Shown piece after piece: positions 1-10,224 of a DNA stretch of 64,000 bases (within the stretch, counting starts at the first letter, position 1; each line of letters opens with the position of its first letter). The notes below the pieces were generated by a model, which did not search any database, was not told where the DNA came from, and saw only the letters and a program-made list of their open reading frames with translations. The DNA comes from Acutalibacteraceae bacterium. GTDB lineage: Bacteria; Bacillota; Clostridia; Oscillospirales; Acutalibacteraceae. The stretch lies in assembly GCA_051880555.1 (NCBI GenBank), contig JBJEOE010000022.1, positions 10,784 to 74,783 of the forward strand, read 5' to 3'. Both the position numbers and the translations under genes were made by a program.

Positions 1-897
1 GGCTTTTAAAAGTCCCATTGAGGCGGTGACGGTGCTTATCGCCTCGGAAAGCACCCCGCCCGCAACAGGCACCGAGGAGCCTATTATAAATTTCACGGTT
101 TTAGAGACTAAAGTATCCGCCGAGGCGTTAACCGCGGTCTGTATACCCAAAATTCCGACAAAGACAGTAGAGATAAACGCCATTATCCAAAAGGCGAGCC
201 TTTTAACCGTTTCAGCTATGCCCGATTTTTTCATCATCGGCGACACCGCCCCGCTTAGCGCTATTGCAAGATAGCCGCCCATTAAGGGCAGAATCACAAA
301 GCCCGAGATATAGGAAACCGTTTCCGCCGCCGCCAGCAACAGCGCGCTCATTGAAGCCGAGGTCACCGCCGAACCGCAGGCGGCGACAATAACCGCGAAT
401 ACGGGAATAAAGGAAAGCATAAAGACGCTCGTTCCCTTAAGGGCGCTTACCGAGGCGTTTATCACCGAGGATACAGGGACTGCAATCACCGCGGCCGCGG
501 CGGCGCAGGAGGCGTAGACAGCCGCCGAAACGGCACTGCTTTTTATCTCCATAGAGCCGAGGGCGGCGGCGATAAGGATTATCGCGATTATGCCCGCCCC
601 AGCCCTTATAGGAGCCCTTGCTCCCGATTTTACAAATTCCGCGATATGACCGAACACGCTCTCGGCAGTAAGCAAATTAACCCAGTTATAGTCCGAGGGG
701 TCTATACCGTTCCTTATTAAAAACTCCCTTGTTTCGTCGGGCAATGCGCCGTCGAGCTCTTGAGCGCCGCTGTTTTTATACTGCTCGGAATAAAATTCCT
801 CGGGAGTACCTGTTTCCTCCGCCCTGACCGCTCCCGAAAAAGCCGCCGCGAAAAGACAGAACAGAATTAAAAGCCTTATTATTTTTCTTTTCTTCAT
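1..897 (-). CDS. spoIIIAE: Stage III sporulation protein AE (N-terminus at 897; C-terminal part runs off the window)
   Basis: Minus-strand frame is open from the ATG at 895-897 to the window edge. It translates as MKKRKIIIRLLILFCLFAAAF... (signal peptide) followed by an Ala/Gly/Ser-rich multi-TM region. It lies directly after spoIIIAA-AD in the canonical operon order. Confidence 0.8.
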   Translation of the reverse strand, partial: MKKRKIIRLLILFCLFAAAFSGAVRAEETGTPEEFYSEQYKNSGAQELDGALPDETREFLIRNGIDPSDYNWVNLLTAESVFGHIAEFVKSGARAPIRAGAGIIAIILIAAALGSMEIKSSAVSAAVYASCAAAAAVIAVPVSSVINASVSALKGTSVFMLSFIPVFAVIVAACGSAVTSASMSALLLAAAETVSYISGFVILPLMGGYLAIALSGAVSPMMKKSGIAETVKRLAFWIMAFISTVFVGILGIQTAVNASADTLVSKTVKFIIGSSVPVAGGVLSEAISTVTASMGLLKA

Positions 898-920
898 TTT
901 TTCTCAGTTACGCTTTCTCT

Positions 921-1313
921 TTATTTCAAAAAACTGAGCGCCGTCTCCAAAACGGCGGTTATAAGGGGCAGGGATAAAATAAAAATCGCGCACTTGCCCG
1001 CAAGCTCCGCCTTGGCGGCAAGGGACGCCTGTCCGCTGTCTCGGCATACGTCGGCGATAAAGCCGGTCACATACCCAATGCCTAAAGCTTTAAGGGATAC
1101 CGCGAAATATTCAGTCTTAACACCGAAGCCGTCAAGCCTTGCGCTTATGTATTCAATCGGCGCCGCAACGCTTTTTAAAATATACAGCACGACTACCGTA
1201 CCGCCCGCCAGAGCGGTGAGCAGCGCGTACTCCCCCTTTTGCTGTTTTAAGACAACTGCTAAAACCGCGGCTATAAGGCATATCGCCAATACCTTAAAAA
1301 TCTCCATTTTCAC
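921..1313 (-). CDS. spoIIIAD: Stage III sporulation protein AD
   Basis: 130-aa small polytopic membrane protein (MEIFKVLAICLIAAVLAVVLKQQKGEYALL...). Its position in the operon is between spoIIIAC and spoIIIAE. Confidence 0.8.
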   Translation of the reverse strand: MKMEIFKVLAICLIAAVLAVVLKQQKGEYALLTALAGGTVVVLYILKSVAAPIEYISARLDGFGVKTEYFAVSLKALGIGYVTGFIADVCRDSGQASLAAKAELAGKCAIFILSLPLITAVLETALSFLK

Positions 1314-1513
1314 AGCCCGAAAATGCTTTTAACCGTTGTAAAAAGGTCGGCTATCGCGTTTACAATCATTAAAAGCACCACCACAAGCCCCGCAAGGGTG
1401 GTTAGCAGAGCCTGATCCTCTCTGCCCGACCGCACCAGTACAAGATTAAGCACAGTTACGATTATGCCTATCGCCGCTATTTTAAAAATAAAATCAACGT
1501 CCATTCGCTTCAC
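1310..1513 (-). CDS. spoIIIAC: Stage III sporulation protein AC
   Basis: 67-aa two-TM protein (MDVDFIFKIAAIGIIVTVLNLVLVRSGREDQALL...), typical of SpoIIIAC. It overlaps spoIIIAD by 4 nt. Confidence 0.85.
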   Translation of the reverse strand: MKRMDVDFIFKIAAIGIIVTVLNLVLVRSGREDQALLTTLAGLVVVLLMIVNAIADLFTTVKSIFGL

Positions 1514-1969
1514 CTACAACAAGAATATACAAATAAAAATTCCGCACAGTATTCCGAGGGCGTTATAAAGCCTGCACAGCTCGCCGCATTTTTGCTCCGC
1601 CTCTTCGCACTTTTTCTTAACAAGCCCCATATAAAGCCCTATACGCTCATATTCGGAATCAGAGTCCGACATACCGAGGTCGCGGAAAAATTCCTCTAAC
1701 AGAACCGCGTCCTCCCTTTCAATATATGCCCTATCAATTTGCGTTTTACCGTCCGAAAGAAAAACCGCGCCCTCCTCAAAGCATAAATCCACAAGCCGCT
1801 CTATCTCGCCCGCGCCCATTCGTATGCGTTCCCTTAGGTCCGACATAGAGCGGTAAAAGCCGCAAAGCCTTAAATGCCGCTTTTTAAGCGACATTGACTT
1901 AAAAAACCCGCCTAATGTGCAGACCGAAAAAACCGTCATAAGCCCCGCAAGCTTAAACAGCCACGCCAC
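1514..1969 (-). CDS. spoIIIAB: Stage III sporulation protein AB
   Basis: 151 aa with an N-terminal TM, a soluble helical part and a C-terminal TM. It lies between spoIIIAA and spoIIIAC. Confidence 0.75.
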   Translation of the reverse strand: MAWLFKLAGLMTVFSVCTLGGFFKSMSLKKRHLRLCGFYRSMSDLRERIRMGAGEIERLVDLCFEEGAVFLSDGKTQIDRAYIEREDAVLLEEFFRDLGMSDSDSEYERIGLYMGLVKKKCEEAEQKCGELCRLYNALGILCGIFICIFLL

Positions 1970-2888
1970 GGCAAAGCTCCTCTACCGAAACAAGCTTAAT
2001 TGTTCCTCCGTGAACAGCGGGCAATAAAGCGACCGCCGAAACCGCGCCGCCGCCTATCAGCTGTGAGGTTACCTTTCGCCGCATAATATCCTCCTTACAG
2101 CCTATATGCGCCGTAGTTATTACCGAAACCCCCGCGCAAAAGCTTTCGCTTACCCCTTTAAGCTCCTGCTCGGTTCCTATTTCGTCGAAAGCGACTATAT
2201 CGGGGAACATCGTCCTGACCGCCATTTCTATGCCCGCCGCCTTGTCCGAGGTTAAGAGAACATCGCTGTTAGCCCCTAAATCGTTACCCGCTTTACCGCC
2301 TATTCCGCCCGAGATTTCGCCGCGGCTGTCCACCACCGCAACGCGGTAGTGCTTACCGTTTAATCCGTTTGAAAGCTGTCTTACAAGGTCGCGGAGCACC
2401 GTGGTTTTTCCGCTACCGGGAGGGCCCGCTATAAGCAGTCCGCCGCCCTTGTAAGCACGCGCAATATCGTTTGCCGCGCCGAAAATCTCTCTGGCTATTC
2501 TTATATTAACCGAGGTTATATCCTTAATAACGCCCCCGTCCGAAAGAGTACCGCAGACCCCTGCGCGGTGTCCGTTTTCCATCATAATAAAGCCCTTTTT
2601 AAGCTCCCTTTCGTGGGCGTAAACCGAGCTTTTGCAAAGAAGCCTGAAGCTTTCCTCCAAGTCGGATCTTTCCGCCCTGAAAAGGTCGCGGGTTATTATA
2701 AAGGAGGTTTGTCCGTTCTCCCTTACAAACACTGTTTCGCCGCCGACCGTCAGCGCCACGGGAAGTCCTGCTCTCAGTCTTATTTCCTCGGTATTTGCTT
2801 TAACCGTAGCGGAGATTCCCTCAAGCACCCTTCTTATTCTCGGCGCGACTCCGTAAAGCACGCCTTCAAATCTTTCTGTTTTTTCCAA
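1953..2888 (-). CDS. spoIIIAA: Stage III sporulation protein AA (secretion-type ATPase)
   Basis: 311 aa with Walker A GPPGSGKTT and Walker B-like VAFDEIG. It is the first gene of the spoIIIA operon. Confidence 0.85.
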   Translation of the reverse strand: MEKTERFEGVLYGVAPRIRRVLEGISATVKANTEEIRLRAGLPVALTVGGETVFVRENGQTSFIITRDLFRAERSDLEESFRLLCKSSVYAHERELKKGFIMMENGHRAGVCGTLSDGGVIKDITSVNIRIAREIFGAANDIARAYKGGGLLIAGPPGSGKTTVLRDLVRQLSNGLNGKHYRVAVVDSRGEISGGIGGKAGNDLGANSDVLLTSDKAAGIEMAVRTMFPDIVAFDEIGTEQELKGVSESFCAGVSVITTAHIGCKEDIMRRKVTSQLIGGGAVSAVALLPAVHGGTIKLVSVEELCRGVAV

Positions 2889-3032
2889 AGCCTGTCACCT
2901 CTCAATAAATACTATGAAAGGGTTGTCCTTTATAGAACGCTTTAAAAATAAAAAATTGCTTTATTTTAAAGCTTTGGAATTTTTTAATAATTTTGCGGAA
3001 TGTTATTAAAAGAAATCTTTAGGAGGTATTTT

Positions 3033-4379
3033 ATGAAAAAACCGATCTCTTTATTATTATCAATTATCTGTTTGCTGTCCTGCGTATCACTTGCGGGCTG
3101 CGGCAAAAAGAAAGCAACGAACGGCGAGGTGTACTTCCTTAACTTCAAGCCCGAATCCGCCTCTGTTTACGAGGAACTTGCCAAAAAGTACGAGGCGGAA
3201 AAGGGCGTTAAGGTAAAGGTTGTAACCGCCGCCGCCAACACCTATGAGCAGACCTTAAAGTCCGAAATTGCAAAATCGGGCGCGCCCACTATTTTTCAGG
3301 TCAACGGTCCTGTCGGATATGACGAATGGGACGACTACTGCCTTAATATTAAGGACAGTAAGCTTTACGGTATGCTTTCCGACAAAAATTTAGCTATAAG
3401 AGACGACGGCGGAGTGTATGCTATTCCCTATGTTATCGAGGGCTACGGAATTATCTACAACAACGCGATAATGAAAAAATACTTCGCTCTCCCTGATAAG
3501 AAAAGCGAACTTAATTCCGCCGACGAAATCGACAGCTTTGAAAAACTAAAAACGGTTGTCGAGGATATGACGGCAAACCTCTCTAAGCTCGGAATTGAGG
3601 GAGTATTCGCCTCTACCTCCCTTTCAAGCGGCGAGGACTGGCGCTGGCAGACCCACCTTTTAAACATTCCGCTTTATTATGAGCTTTTTGAAAAGCACGG
3701 CGCCGAAGCCGACCTTTCCCTTGAAATGTATAAAGCAAAGGATATTAACTACAAATACGCCGAAAATTTTGAAAAGCTCTTTGACCTTTATATCAACAAT
3801 TCGATTACAAAGCCCACCCTTTTAGGCTCAAAATCAGTCGCCGACTCGATGGCGGAATTTGCTCTCGGAAAGGTTGCTATGGTACAGAACGGCACCTGGA
3901 GCTGGTCGCAGATTTCAGGCGTCAAGGGCAACACCGTTAAGGCGGAGGACATTAAAATTATGCCTATGTATACAGGTATAGAGGGCGAAAAGGGTCAAGG
4001 CATCTGCATAGGCACCGAAAATTACCTTGCAATCAACAAAAATGCCACAGAGGAGCAGCAGAAAAACTCCCTTGATTTTCTTGAATGGCTCTTTTCAAGC
4101 GACGAGGGCAAGGATTACGTTACGAACAAGCTGGACTTTATAACACCCTTTAATACCTTTAGTGAAAACGAGCTGCCTAATGACCCGCTCGCAAAGGAGC
4201 TTTCCCGCTATATGAAGGACGACTCGGTAAAGAACATTCCGTGGGTATTTACGGGCTTCCCGAGCGAAGCGTTTAAAAAACACGTCGGCAGCTCGTTGCT
4301 CGACTATGTTCAGGGCAACAAACAATGGAACGACATCCGAAAGAGCATAGCCGATAAATGGAAGAGTGAACGAGCTTAA
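3033..4379 (+). CDS. ABC transporter extracellular solute-binding lipoprotein (sugar / maltodextrin type)
   Basis: AGGAGG at 3021-3026 precedes the ATG at 3033. Lipoprotein signal MKKPISLLLSIICLLSCVSLAGC. It is followed by two MalF/MalG-type permeases and malQ. Confidence 0.85.
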   Translation: MKKPISLLLSIICLLSCVSLAGCGKKKATNGEVYFLNFKPESASVYEELAKKYEAEKGVKVKVVTAAANTYEQTLKSEIAKSGAPTIFQVNGPVGYDEWDDYCLNIKDSKLYGMLSDKNLAIRDDGGVYAIPYVIEGYGIIYNNAIMKKYFALPDKKSELNSADEIDSFEKLKTVVEDMTANLSKLGIEGVFASTSLSSGEDWRWQTHLLNIPLYYELFEKHGAEADLSLEMYKAKDINYKYAENFEKLFDLYINNSITKPTLLGSKSVADSMAEFALGKVAMVQNGTWSWSQISGVKGNTVKAEDIKIMPMYTGIEGEKGQGICIGTENYLAINKNATEEQQKNSLDFLEWLFSSDEGKDYVTNKLDFITPFNTFSENELPNDPLAKELSRYMKDDSVKNIPWVFTGFPSEAFKKHVGSSLLDYVQGNKQWNDIRKSIADKWKSERA

Positions 4380-5225
4380 ATGGAAAAAACGGTAAAGCGA
4401 TGGTTTCCGATATTCGTTCTTCCCTGTCTCGCGGCGTTTTTAATCGCCTTTGTAATTCCGTTTGTTATGGGCGTATTTCTTTCCTTCACCGAATTTCGCA
4501 CCGTGACCGACGCAACCTTTGTAGGCTTTTCGAACTATATCCGCGCCTTTACGGACGATAGGCTTTTTTTGCAGTCCCTTATATTTACGGTAAAATTCGC
4601 GGTGATTTCGGTTATCGGAATAAATGTTATCGCCTTTCTTTTGGCTATGCTTTTTACAAGAGGCCTGCCGGGAACAAACTTCTTCCGCACGGTATTTTTT
4701 ATGCCGAACCTGATAGGCGGTATAGTATTAGGTTATATCTGGCAGGTTATAATCAACGGCGTCCTTTACAGGTTCGGCTATTCGATAACCTCAAGCCCTG
4801 CCTACGGCTTTTGGGGACTGGTTATCCTTATGCACTGGCAGATGATAGGCTATATGATGATAATTTATATCGCGGGTATTCAGAATATACCTGACGATAT
4901 TTTAGAGGCGGCGCGGGTGGACGGCGCAAATGCCATTACCGTTCTCTTTAAAATCACAATTCCCTCGGTAATGCCGTCGATTACCATATGCCTGTTTTTA
5001 ACCATTACCAACTGCTTTAAGCTCTTTGACCAAAATTTAGCCCTTACCGCAGGCGCGCCCGCGAACCGCACCCAGATGGTGGCTCTTGATATTTACAACA
5101 CCTTTTACTCCCGCTCGGGGTATGAGGGGGTCGGTCAGGCAAAGGCGGTAATATTCTTTATAATCGTGGCGGTAATAGCCCTTGTTCAGCTTTACCTCAC
5201 ACGCAGAAAAGAGGTCGAAAGCTGA
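4380..5225 (+). CDS. Carbohydrate ABC transporter permease (MalF-like)
   Basis: 281-aa polytopic protein with an EAA-type loop (DDILEAARVDGANAITVLFKITIP). Confidence 0.9.
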   Translation: MEKTVKRWFPIFVLPCLAAFLIAFVIPFVMGVFLSFTEFRTVTDATFVGFSNYIRAFTDDRLFLQSLIFTVKFAVISVIGINVIAFLLAMLFTRGLPGTNFFRTVFFMPNLIGGIVLGYIWQVIINGVLYRFGYSITSSPAYGFWGLVILMHWQMIGYMMIIYIAGIQNIPDDILEAARVDGANAITVLFKITIPSVMPSITICLFLTITNCFKLFDQNLALTAGAPANRTQMVALDIYNTFYSRSGYEGVGQAKAVIFFIIVAVIALVQLYLTRRKEVES

Positions 5226-6055
5226 TGGCAAGAAAAGCGGCAGATATAGTATTATATGTTTTGCTTATTATCCTTGCCGCCGCCTTTGTTTTTCCCGTAG
5301 CGGTGGTATTGATAAACTCCTTTAAGGCAAAGTTTTCCATTAACGCAAGCCCCTTCACCTTGCCTATGGGGGACGATTTTGTCGGCTTCTCAAACTATTC
5401 CGAGGGCATTAAAACCACGGGCTTCCCCGCCGCCTTCGGCTGGTCGCTCTTTATAACCCTCTTTTCGGTCGCCGCAATAATAATATTTACCTCAATGTGC
5501 GCGTGGTATATAGTAAGGGTTAAAACCAAATTTACCTCGCTTTTATACTACGCGCTGGTATTTTCAATGATTGTTCCCTTTCAGATGGTAATGTTTACGA
5601 TGTCAAAAATCGCAAATGTCTTGCATCTTGACAATCCTTTTGGTATAATACTAATATATTTAGGCTTCGGCGCGGGGCTTTCGGTCTTTATGTTCACGGG
5701 ATTTATCAAAACGGTGCCGTTAGGTATTGAAGAAGCCGCCACTATCGACGGCTGTTCTCCCTTCCAGACCTACTGGCAGGTAGTTTTCCCGATTTTAAAG
5801 CCAACCGCTATAACCGTTGCTATTTTAAACACAATGTGGATTTGGAACGATTATCTTCTCCCGTATCTCGTAATCGGCAGGGATTATAAAACGATTCCCA
5901 TTGCCGTTCAGTATTTAAAGGGCGGCTACGGCTCGGTTGATATGGGGGCTATGATGGCAATGCTGGTGCTGTCCATTATTCCTGTAGTCGTTTTTTATCT
6001 ATTTGGTCAAAAATATATTATTAAAGGGGTTGCGGCGGGTGCTGTTAAAGGGTAA
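5225..6055 (+). CDS. Carbohydrate ABC transporter permease (MalG-like)
   Basis: 276-aa polytopic protein with an EAA loop (GIEEAATIDGCSPFQTYWQVVFP). Translationally coupled to the upstream permease. Confidence 0.9.
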   Translation: MARKAADIVLYVLLIILAAAFVFPVAVVLINSFKAKFSINASPFTLPMGDDFVGFSNYSEGIKTTGFPAAFGWSLFITLFSVAAIIIFTSMCAWYIVRVKTKFTSLLYYALVFSMIVPFQMVMFTMSKIANVLHLDNPFGIILIYLGFGAGLSVFMFTGFIKTVPLGIEEAATIDGCSPFQTYWQVVFPILKPTAITVAILNTMWIWNDYLLPYLVIGRDYKTIPIAVQYLKGGYGSVDMGAMMAMLVLSIIPVVVFYLFGQKYIIKGVAAGAVKG

Positions 6056-6089
6056 CGAGACAAAACACAAAAAGGAAAGCGGGGTGCTT

Positions 6090-7529
6090 ATGCACATTTC
6101 CTCGCTTCCCTCACGTCACGGAATCGGCGATTTAGGGAGCGAGGCGTACCGCTTTGTAGATTTTCTTAAAAGCAGCCGCCAGACCTACTGGCAGCTGCTG
6201 CCGCTTTGCCCTGTGGGAAAAGGCAACTCGCCCTACAGCTCAGTAAGCGCCTTCGCTGGCGAAATTTTATTTATCGACCTCGACTCTCTTGTAAGCGACG
6301 GGCTTTTAAGCCCTGACGAAATACCCGAAGCAGAGTTCCCTAAAAACACCGACTACAAAAAAGCGAGGGAGTTTAAACTGCCGCTTATTAAAAAAGCGGC
6401 TGATCGCTTCGACCCTAAATCCCGCGATTTCAAGGCTTTTTTAAACGATAACGCCCACTGGCTCTATGATTACGCCCTCTTTATGGCAATAAAATCGGCG
6501 TTCCCGAATAAAAGCTTTACCGAGCTTGAGGACGGTCTTAAGTACCGTCTTCCGGACGCGATAGAACGGTTTAAAAAGGTGCACGCCGAGCAGATTTTAT
6601 TTTATGAAATCACCCAATACCTTTTCTTCACACAGTATTTTAGGCTTAAAAAATACGCCGCGGACAACGGCATAAAGCTGATAGGGGATATTCCCTTTTA
6701 TGTTCAGCTTGAAAGTGCGGACGTCTGGAGCAATCCCGATATTTTCCGTTTAGGACGGGATATGACCCCCGTTTTGGTTGCGGGAGTACCGCCCGATTAT
6801 TTTTCCGAGGACGGTCAGCTGTGGGGCAACCCGATTTACGATTGGGAGTACCAAAAGGCAAACAATTATGACTGGTGGCGCAAGCGCCTTATTCATAATG
6901 CAAAGCTCTATGATGTAATAAGAATTGACCATTTCCGTGCCTTTGCGGATTATTATACCATTCCCTACGGTGCAGAAACCGCTAAAAGCGGCGTATGGGA
7001 AAAGGGCGTGGGGCTTCCTTTCTGGAATTTGATGAAGCAGTACGTAAACGCCGAAATTATCGCCGAGGATTTAGGCGGCAACACTCCCGAGGTCGAAAAG
7101 CTGGTGGAGGACACAGGCTTTCCGAATATGAAGGTGCTTCAGTTCGCCTTTGACTCGGATCTTAACAACCCCTTCCTGCCGAAGAACTACAACTCCAACT
7201 GTGTTTGCTACACAGGAACGCACGACAACAATACGACCCGCGGCTGGTTTGAGGGCTTGGGCGAAAGGGAGCAGGTTATGTTCTCCCACCTTGTTCCCTC
7301 GGATAAATCGGGTTCGGCGGTGCTAAGCCTTATTTCCTTTGCGATGAAGTCAAAGGCGAGAATGGTGATAATACCGATTCAGGACTATTTACAGCTTGAT
7401 TCCTGCGACCGCTTTAACACCCCCGGAATGCCCTTTGGCAACTGGGAATGGCGGCTTTCGGCAGACGATTTAACCGACGAGCTTGCAGGCGAGATAAAGC
7501 GCCTATCTGCCGGAAGAAACAGCGATTAG
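6090..7529 (+). CDS. malQ: 4-alpha-glucanotransferase (amylomaltase)
   Basis: GVLMHISSLPSRHGIGDLGSEAYRFVDFL..., RIDHFRAF and GTHDNNT motifs of GH77. The start was moved to the ATG at 6090 because the 6003 start overlaps the permease. Confidence 0.9.
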   Translation: MHISSLPSRHGIGDLGSEAYRFVDFLKSSRQTYWQLLPLCPVGKGNSPYSSVSAFAGEILFIDLDSLVSDGLLSPDEIPEAEFPKNTDYKKAREFKLPLIKKAADRFDPKSRDFKAFLNDNAHWLYDYALFMAIKSAFPNKSFTELEDGLKYRLPDAIERFKKVHAEQILFYEITQYLFFTQYFRLKKYAADNGIKLIGDIPFYVQLESADVWSNPDIFRLGRDMTPVLVAGVPPDYFSEDGQLWGNPIYDWEYQKANNYDWWRKRLIHNAKLYDVIRIDHFRAFADYYTIPYGAETAKSGVWEKGVGLPFWNLMKQYVNAEIIAEDLGGNTPEVEKLVEDTGFPNMKVLQFAFDSDLNNPFLPKNYNSNCVCYTGTHDNNTTRGWFEGLGEREQVMFSHLVPSDKSGSAVLSLISFAMKSKARMVIIPIQDYLQLDSCDRFNTPGMPFGNWEWRLSADDLTDELAGEIKRLSAGRNSD

Positions 7530-7657
7530 TTTTAATGTTTTTTTCCATTTATTCCGTCTCTGTAAAATTCGGAATTATTATATGATACCGCACATTTTTC
7601 TATCAAGCACAAGAGCGCTCTTATCGAGAAAGCAAGCTTTCCTGCATTGCAAGAAAT

Positions 7658-8219
7658 TTGGATGAAAAAGCAACCCTTAAAAAAGTGATTGAAAGACTTT
7701 CGAGAAATCTTAAATCGTTTGAAAGCGGTGGAAAACTTTTTGAAAATTATCTCAATACCGTAAAAGGCGTCATAGGGGATAAAAGCATTTTAGTTATAGA
7801 CGGCGGAGATATTACCAAAAATTGCGCAACAAAGATGGAAGGAATAGCTTCGGTGCGTGACGGCGGTACGGGCGAATATCGCAACGGCTACCATACATTA
7901 CTACAAATATCTTTTGTCACACAGGGAAAATTTCGTAATTCGGGCAAAAAAGAACAGAGATGTCCTCTACCACGGGGAGAAAATAAATATCCTAAAGCTC
8001 GCACAGAAATTCAAAGGGAAATACAGTCTTAAATTCACCCAAAAGAACGGTACAATCACCGATTGCAAGATTTCTGTAATACCGATAAAGCTGCCGTGCA
8101 GACCGCAGGATGATTTGAATTTAGTTACTGATTGCCTTTGTGTCGGTCTGTTTCCTTTGCTTTTATTCCAAACATCTAAAAATTCGTCGTATTCTTTATC
8201 TCTATCACGCATTGGATAA
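7658..8219 (+). pseudogene. Degraded DDE (IS4-like) transposase, split over two frames
   Basis: Two overlapping frames (7658-8032 and 7857-8219). They give ...ILVIDGGDITKNCATKMEGIASVRDGGTGEYRNGYH... and ...HRENFVIRAKKNRDVLYHGEKINILKLAQKF...LPCRPQDDLNLV. This is transposase-like but far too short and is frameshifted. Confidence 0.5.
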
Positions 8220-8322
8220 ACTCCTTGCTTTCCAAACTCTCTCCAAAACGGCAAATACGTTATTTGTCGCTTTGGAGAGAGGGCTATCCTACCGGAATAG
8301 CCTTTCTCTTTTATTTGCTTGA

Positions 8323-9120
8323 TCAGAATTTACCTCCGCCGCCTCCGTGCGTTCTGCCGGAGGAGGAAGTGTGTGTGCGGGAGCCGCCGGAGGTTGACTC
8401 TTTCGGCTTCGCATGACGGTCTATGTGCTTGTAAAGGAAAAAGTCACGGGACTGAGTAACTTTCATACTTCCGGTTTTCACGTAATCTGCAGCTTCCGCC
8501 TGTCGGCGTACCGTTTTTAGCTTGCCTTTCATTCTTCCGGTTATAATAAGTGCAACAGCCAAACCTATCCCTAATGATACGAGAAGACTTCTTATGTAAT
8601 TAAAATCTTCTTTTGGAAGATCATCTACATCAAATGGGTCACCGCTTCGAGCCATATTGATGAATTCATCGCAGAGGTCGGCATAGGTTACAAAAGCGTC
8701 GTAATAATCCCCATCGCCTAAATCATCCACAAACTGCTCTGCCATATATTCACGACCGGCATCGGTAACGGCTGTAATTCCGTAACCCGAAGTTGAGATA
8801 TACCAATCGGAATTTTCCATGCTTATGAGCAGTAAAACACCGTCCTCGGCATAGCAGTTAAAGTCATAAAAATCATCGGCATAATCTCTCGGTGTTTCGC
8901 CGTCCAAATCATTTACAGTGACGATCACAATATCCATCTGCTGATTGCTGCTTATGTTCGCAAGCTTTGACAGCAAGGCGCTTTCCTCTCTATCAGTAAG
9001 AAGATCTGCATTGTCAACGAGCAGGGGCATATTACCCTGTGCGAAGGCAGGCACAGACAGGCTCAGGCACAGGAGAACAGCAAACAGAATTCCAAATAAT
9101 CTTTTCTTCATTGCCTGCAC
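8323..9120 (-). CDS. TPM-domain protein (YgcG/YdjH-like), secreted domain + TM + Gly-rich tail
   Basis: Signal peptide, then LVDNADLLTDREESALLSKLANISSNQQMDIVIVTV...GVLLLISMENSDWYISTSGYG (TPM phosphatase-like fold signature). A TM segment and a C-terminal GGGGGKF follow. Confidence 0.8.
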   Translation of the reverse strand: MQAMKKRLFGILFAVLLCLSLSVPAFAQGNMPLLVDNADLLTDREESALLSKLANISSNQQMDIVIVTVNDLDGETPRDYADDFYDFNCYAEDGVLLLISMENSDWYISTSGYGITAVTDAGREYMAEQFVDDLGDGDYYDAFVTYADLCDEFINMARSGDPFDVDDLPKEDFNYIRSLLVSLGIGLAVALIITGRMKGKLKTVRRQAEAADYVKTGSMKVTQSRDFFLYKHIDRHAKPKESTSGGSRTHTSSSGRTHGGGGGKF

Positions 9121-9124
9121 CTCC

Positions 9125-10210
9125 TTATAGCAACCACAGCAAATAGAAAACTGCGAAAACGGCAGCCCCTATTAAGCCGGTTAAGCCGAACAGCCACTTT
9201 TTGTAAGCAGACTTGTCAAGCGGAAGATCTCCGACAAAATTGCCGGTTTGCCCGTTCATCGCGAAGGTGTATCTTTGTCCGTTCCATGTGGTATTCAGCA
9301 GCCAAACCGGATACAGAGCATATTTCGCTTTTCCGTTTTGCAGGCGGATACTTGTTGATTCCGGTATAACAGTGGAATAGCCTTGTACAGTAGAGGCAAA
9401 GGCGTTTTCTGTACTCTTTTTGATACGCTCGTTTGCCCGTTCAATGCTTTGCTCGGAATCAACATCATATTTGTCCGCCAGAAAACCTGCCAGATATGCC
9501 GTTTGGAAATCCACAGCACCGGTAAAGTCATATGGCTCAATGGATTCCATGAGTGCGTCATCCATTTTGGTTGAGCCATCCACCGGCACATGCTCAAAGC
9601 CTATTTTGCCGCCACGACTAATCGCATAAAAGCTGGTTTCTGTATAGTTGTAGTTGCTGTCGCTCCACGCACGGACTTTTGTTGCTTTGTAACGGATATT
9701 CGCGTCGGCATCTGCGTTGAACAGCCAAACCGGAACATAAATACCCTTAATTTCATCAATGTGGTTCTGATCCTTAAATACCTTCGGTAACAGCCGCTTG
9801 CCGCCATAATGCTGTTTTAATGCTGCTTTTGCCGCTTTTTTATCCACCTTAAACGGAATGACATAGTCCGGTTTCAAGCTGCCTGAAAACTGTCCCATCA
9901 TTACAACAGGATTTCCGCAAAACGGACAGGATGTGGCGGCAGTGGTTTTGTCACCGACAATTTCACCGCCGCAGGATTTACAGACATAGGATAGCAGTCC
10001 TTCTGTTTCACTATCTTGCCATTCGGCTCCGACGACATCGTTCCATGCCATATTTTCCGCAGGCTCATTTTTTAATTCATTATCATAGGAGGCCAGCGTT
10101 TCCATTTCAAATTCCGTATCACAATACGGACATTTCATCTTCTGTAATGAACTGTCAAAGGCAATGGCACCGCCACAGCACGGACATTTATATTCTTGCA
10201 GTACCGCCAT
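9125..10210 (-). CDS. Zinc-ribbon protein with C-terminal TM anchor (YdjG-like)
   Basis: Two CxxC...CxxC ribbons (CPCCGG...CPYCDT and CKSCGG...CPFCGN) and a C-terminal hydrophobic helix. It sits between the SPFH and TPM genes. Confidence 0.6.
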   Translation of the reverse strand: MAVLQEYKCPCCGGAIAFDSSLQKMKCPYCDTEFEMETLASYDNELKNEPAENMAWNDVVGAEWQDSETEGLLSYVCKSCGGEIVGDKTTAATSCPFCGNPVVMMGQFSGSLKPDYVIPFKVDKKAAKAALKQHYGGKRLLPKVFKDQNHIDEIKGIYVPVWLFNADADANIRYKATKVRAWSDSNYNYTETSFYAISRGGKIGFEHVPVDGSTKMDDALMESIEPYDFTGAVDFQTAYLAGFLADKYDVDSEQSIERANERIKKSTENAFASTVQGYSTVIPESTSIRLQNGKAKYALYPVWLLNTTWNGQRYTFAMNGQTGNFVGDLPLDKSAYKKWLFGLTGLIGAAVFAVFYLLWLL

Positions 10211-10224
10211 CTGTTTCTCCCCCT

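Noticed and set aside
26-274. 82-aa plus-strand ORF at the window start
   Set aside because: It is antisense to the spoIIIAE reading frame, which continues the canonical spoIIIA operon.
6003-6089. N-terminal extension of malQ overlapping the permease gene
   Set aside because: The extension (MVKNILLKGLRRVLLKG...) is the permease C-terminus read in another frame. The conserved MalQ N-terminus begins at MHISSLPS.
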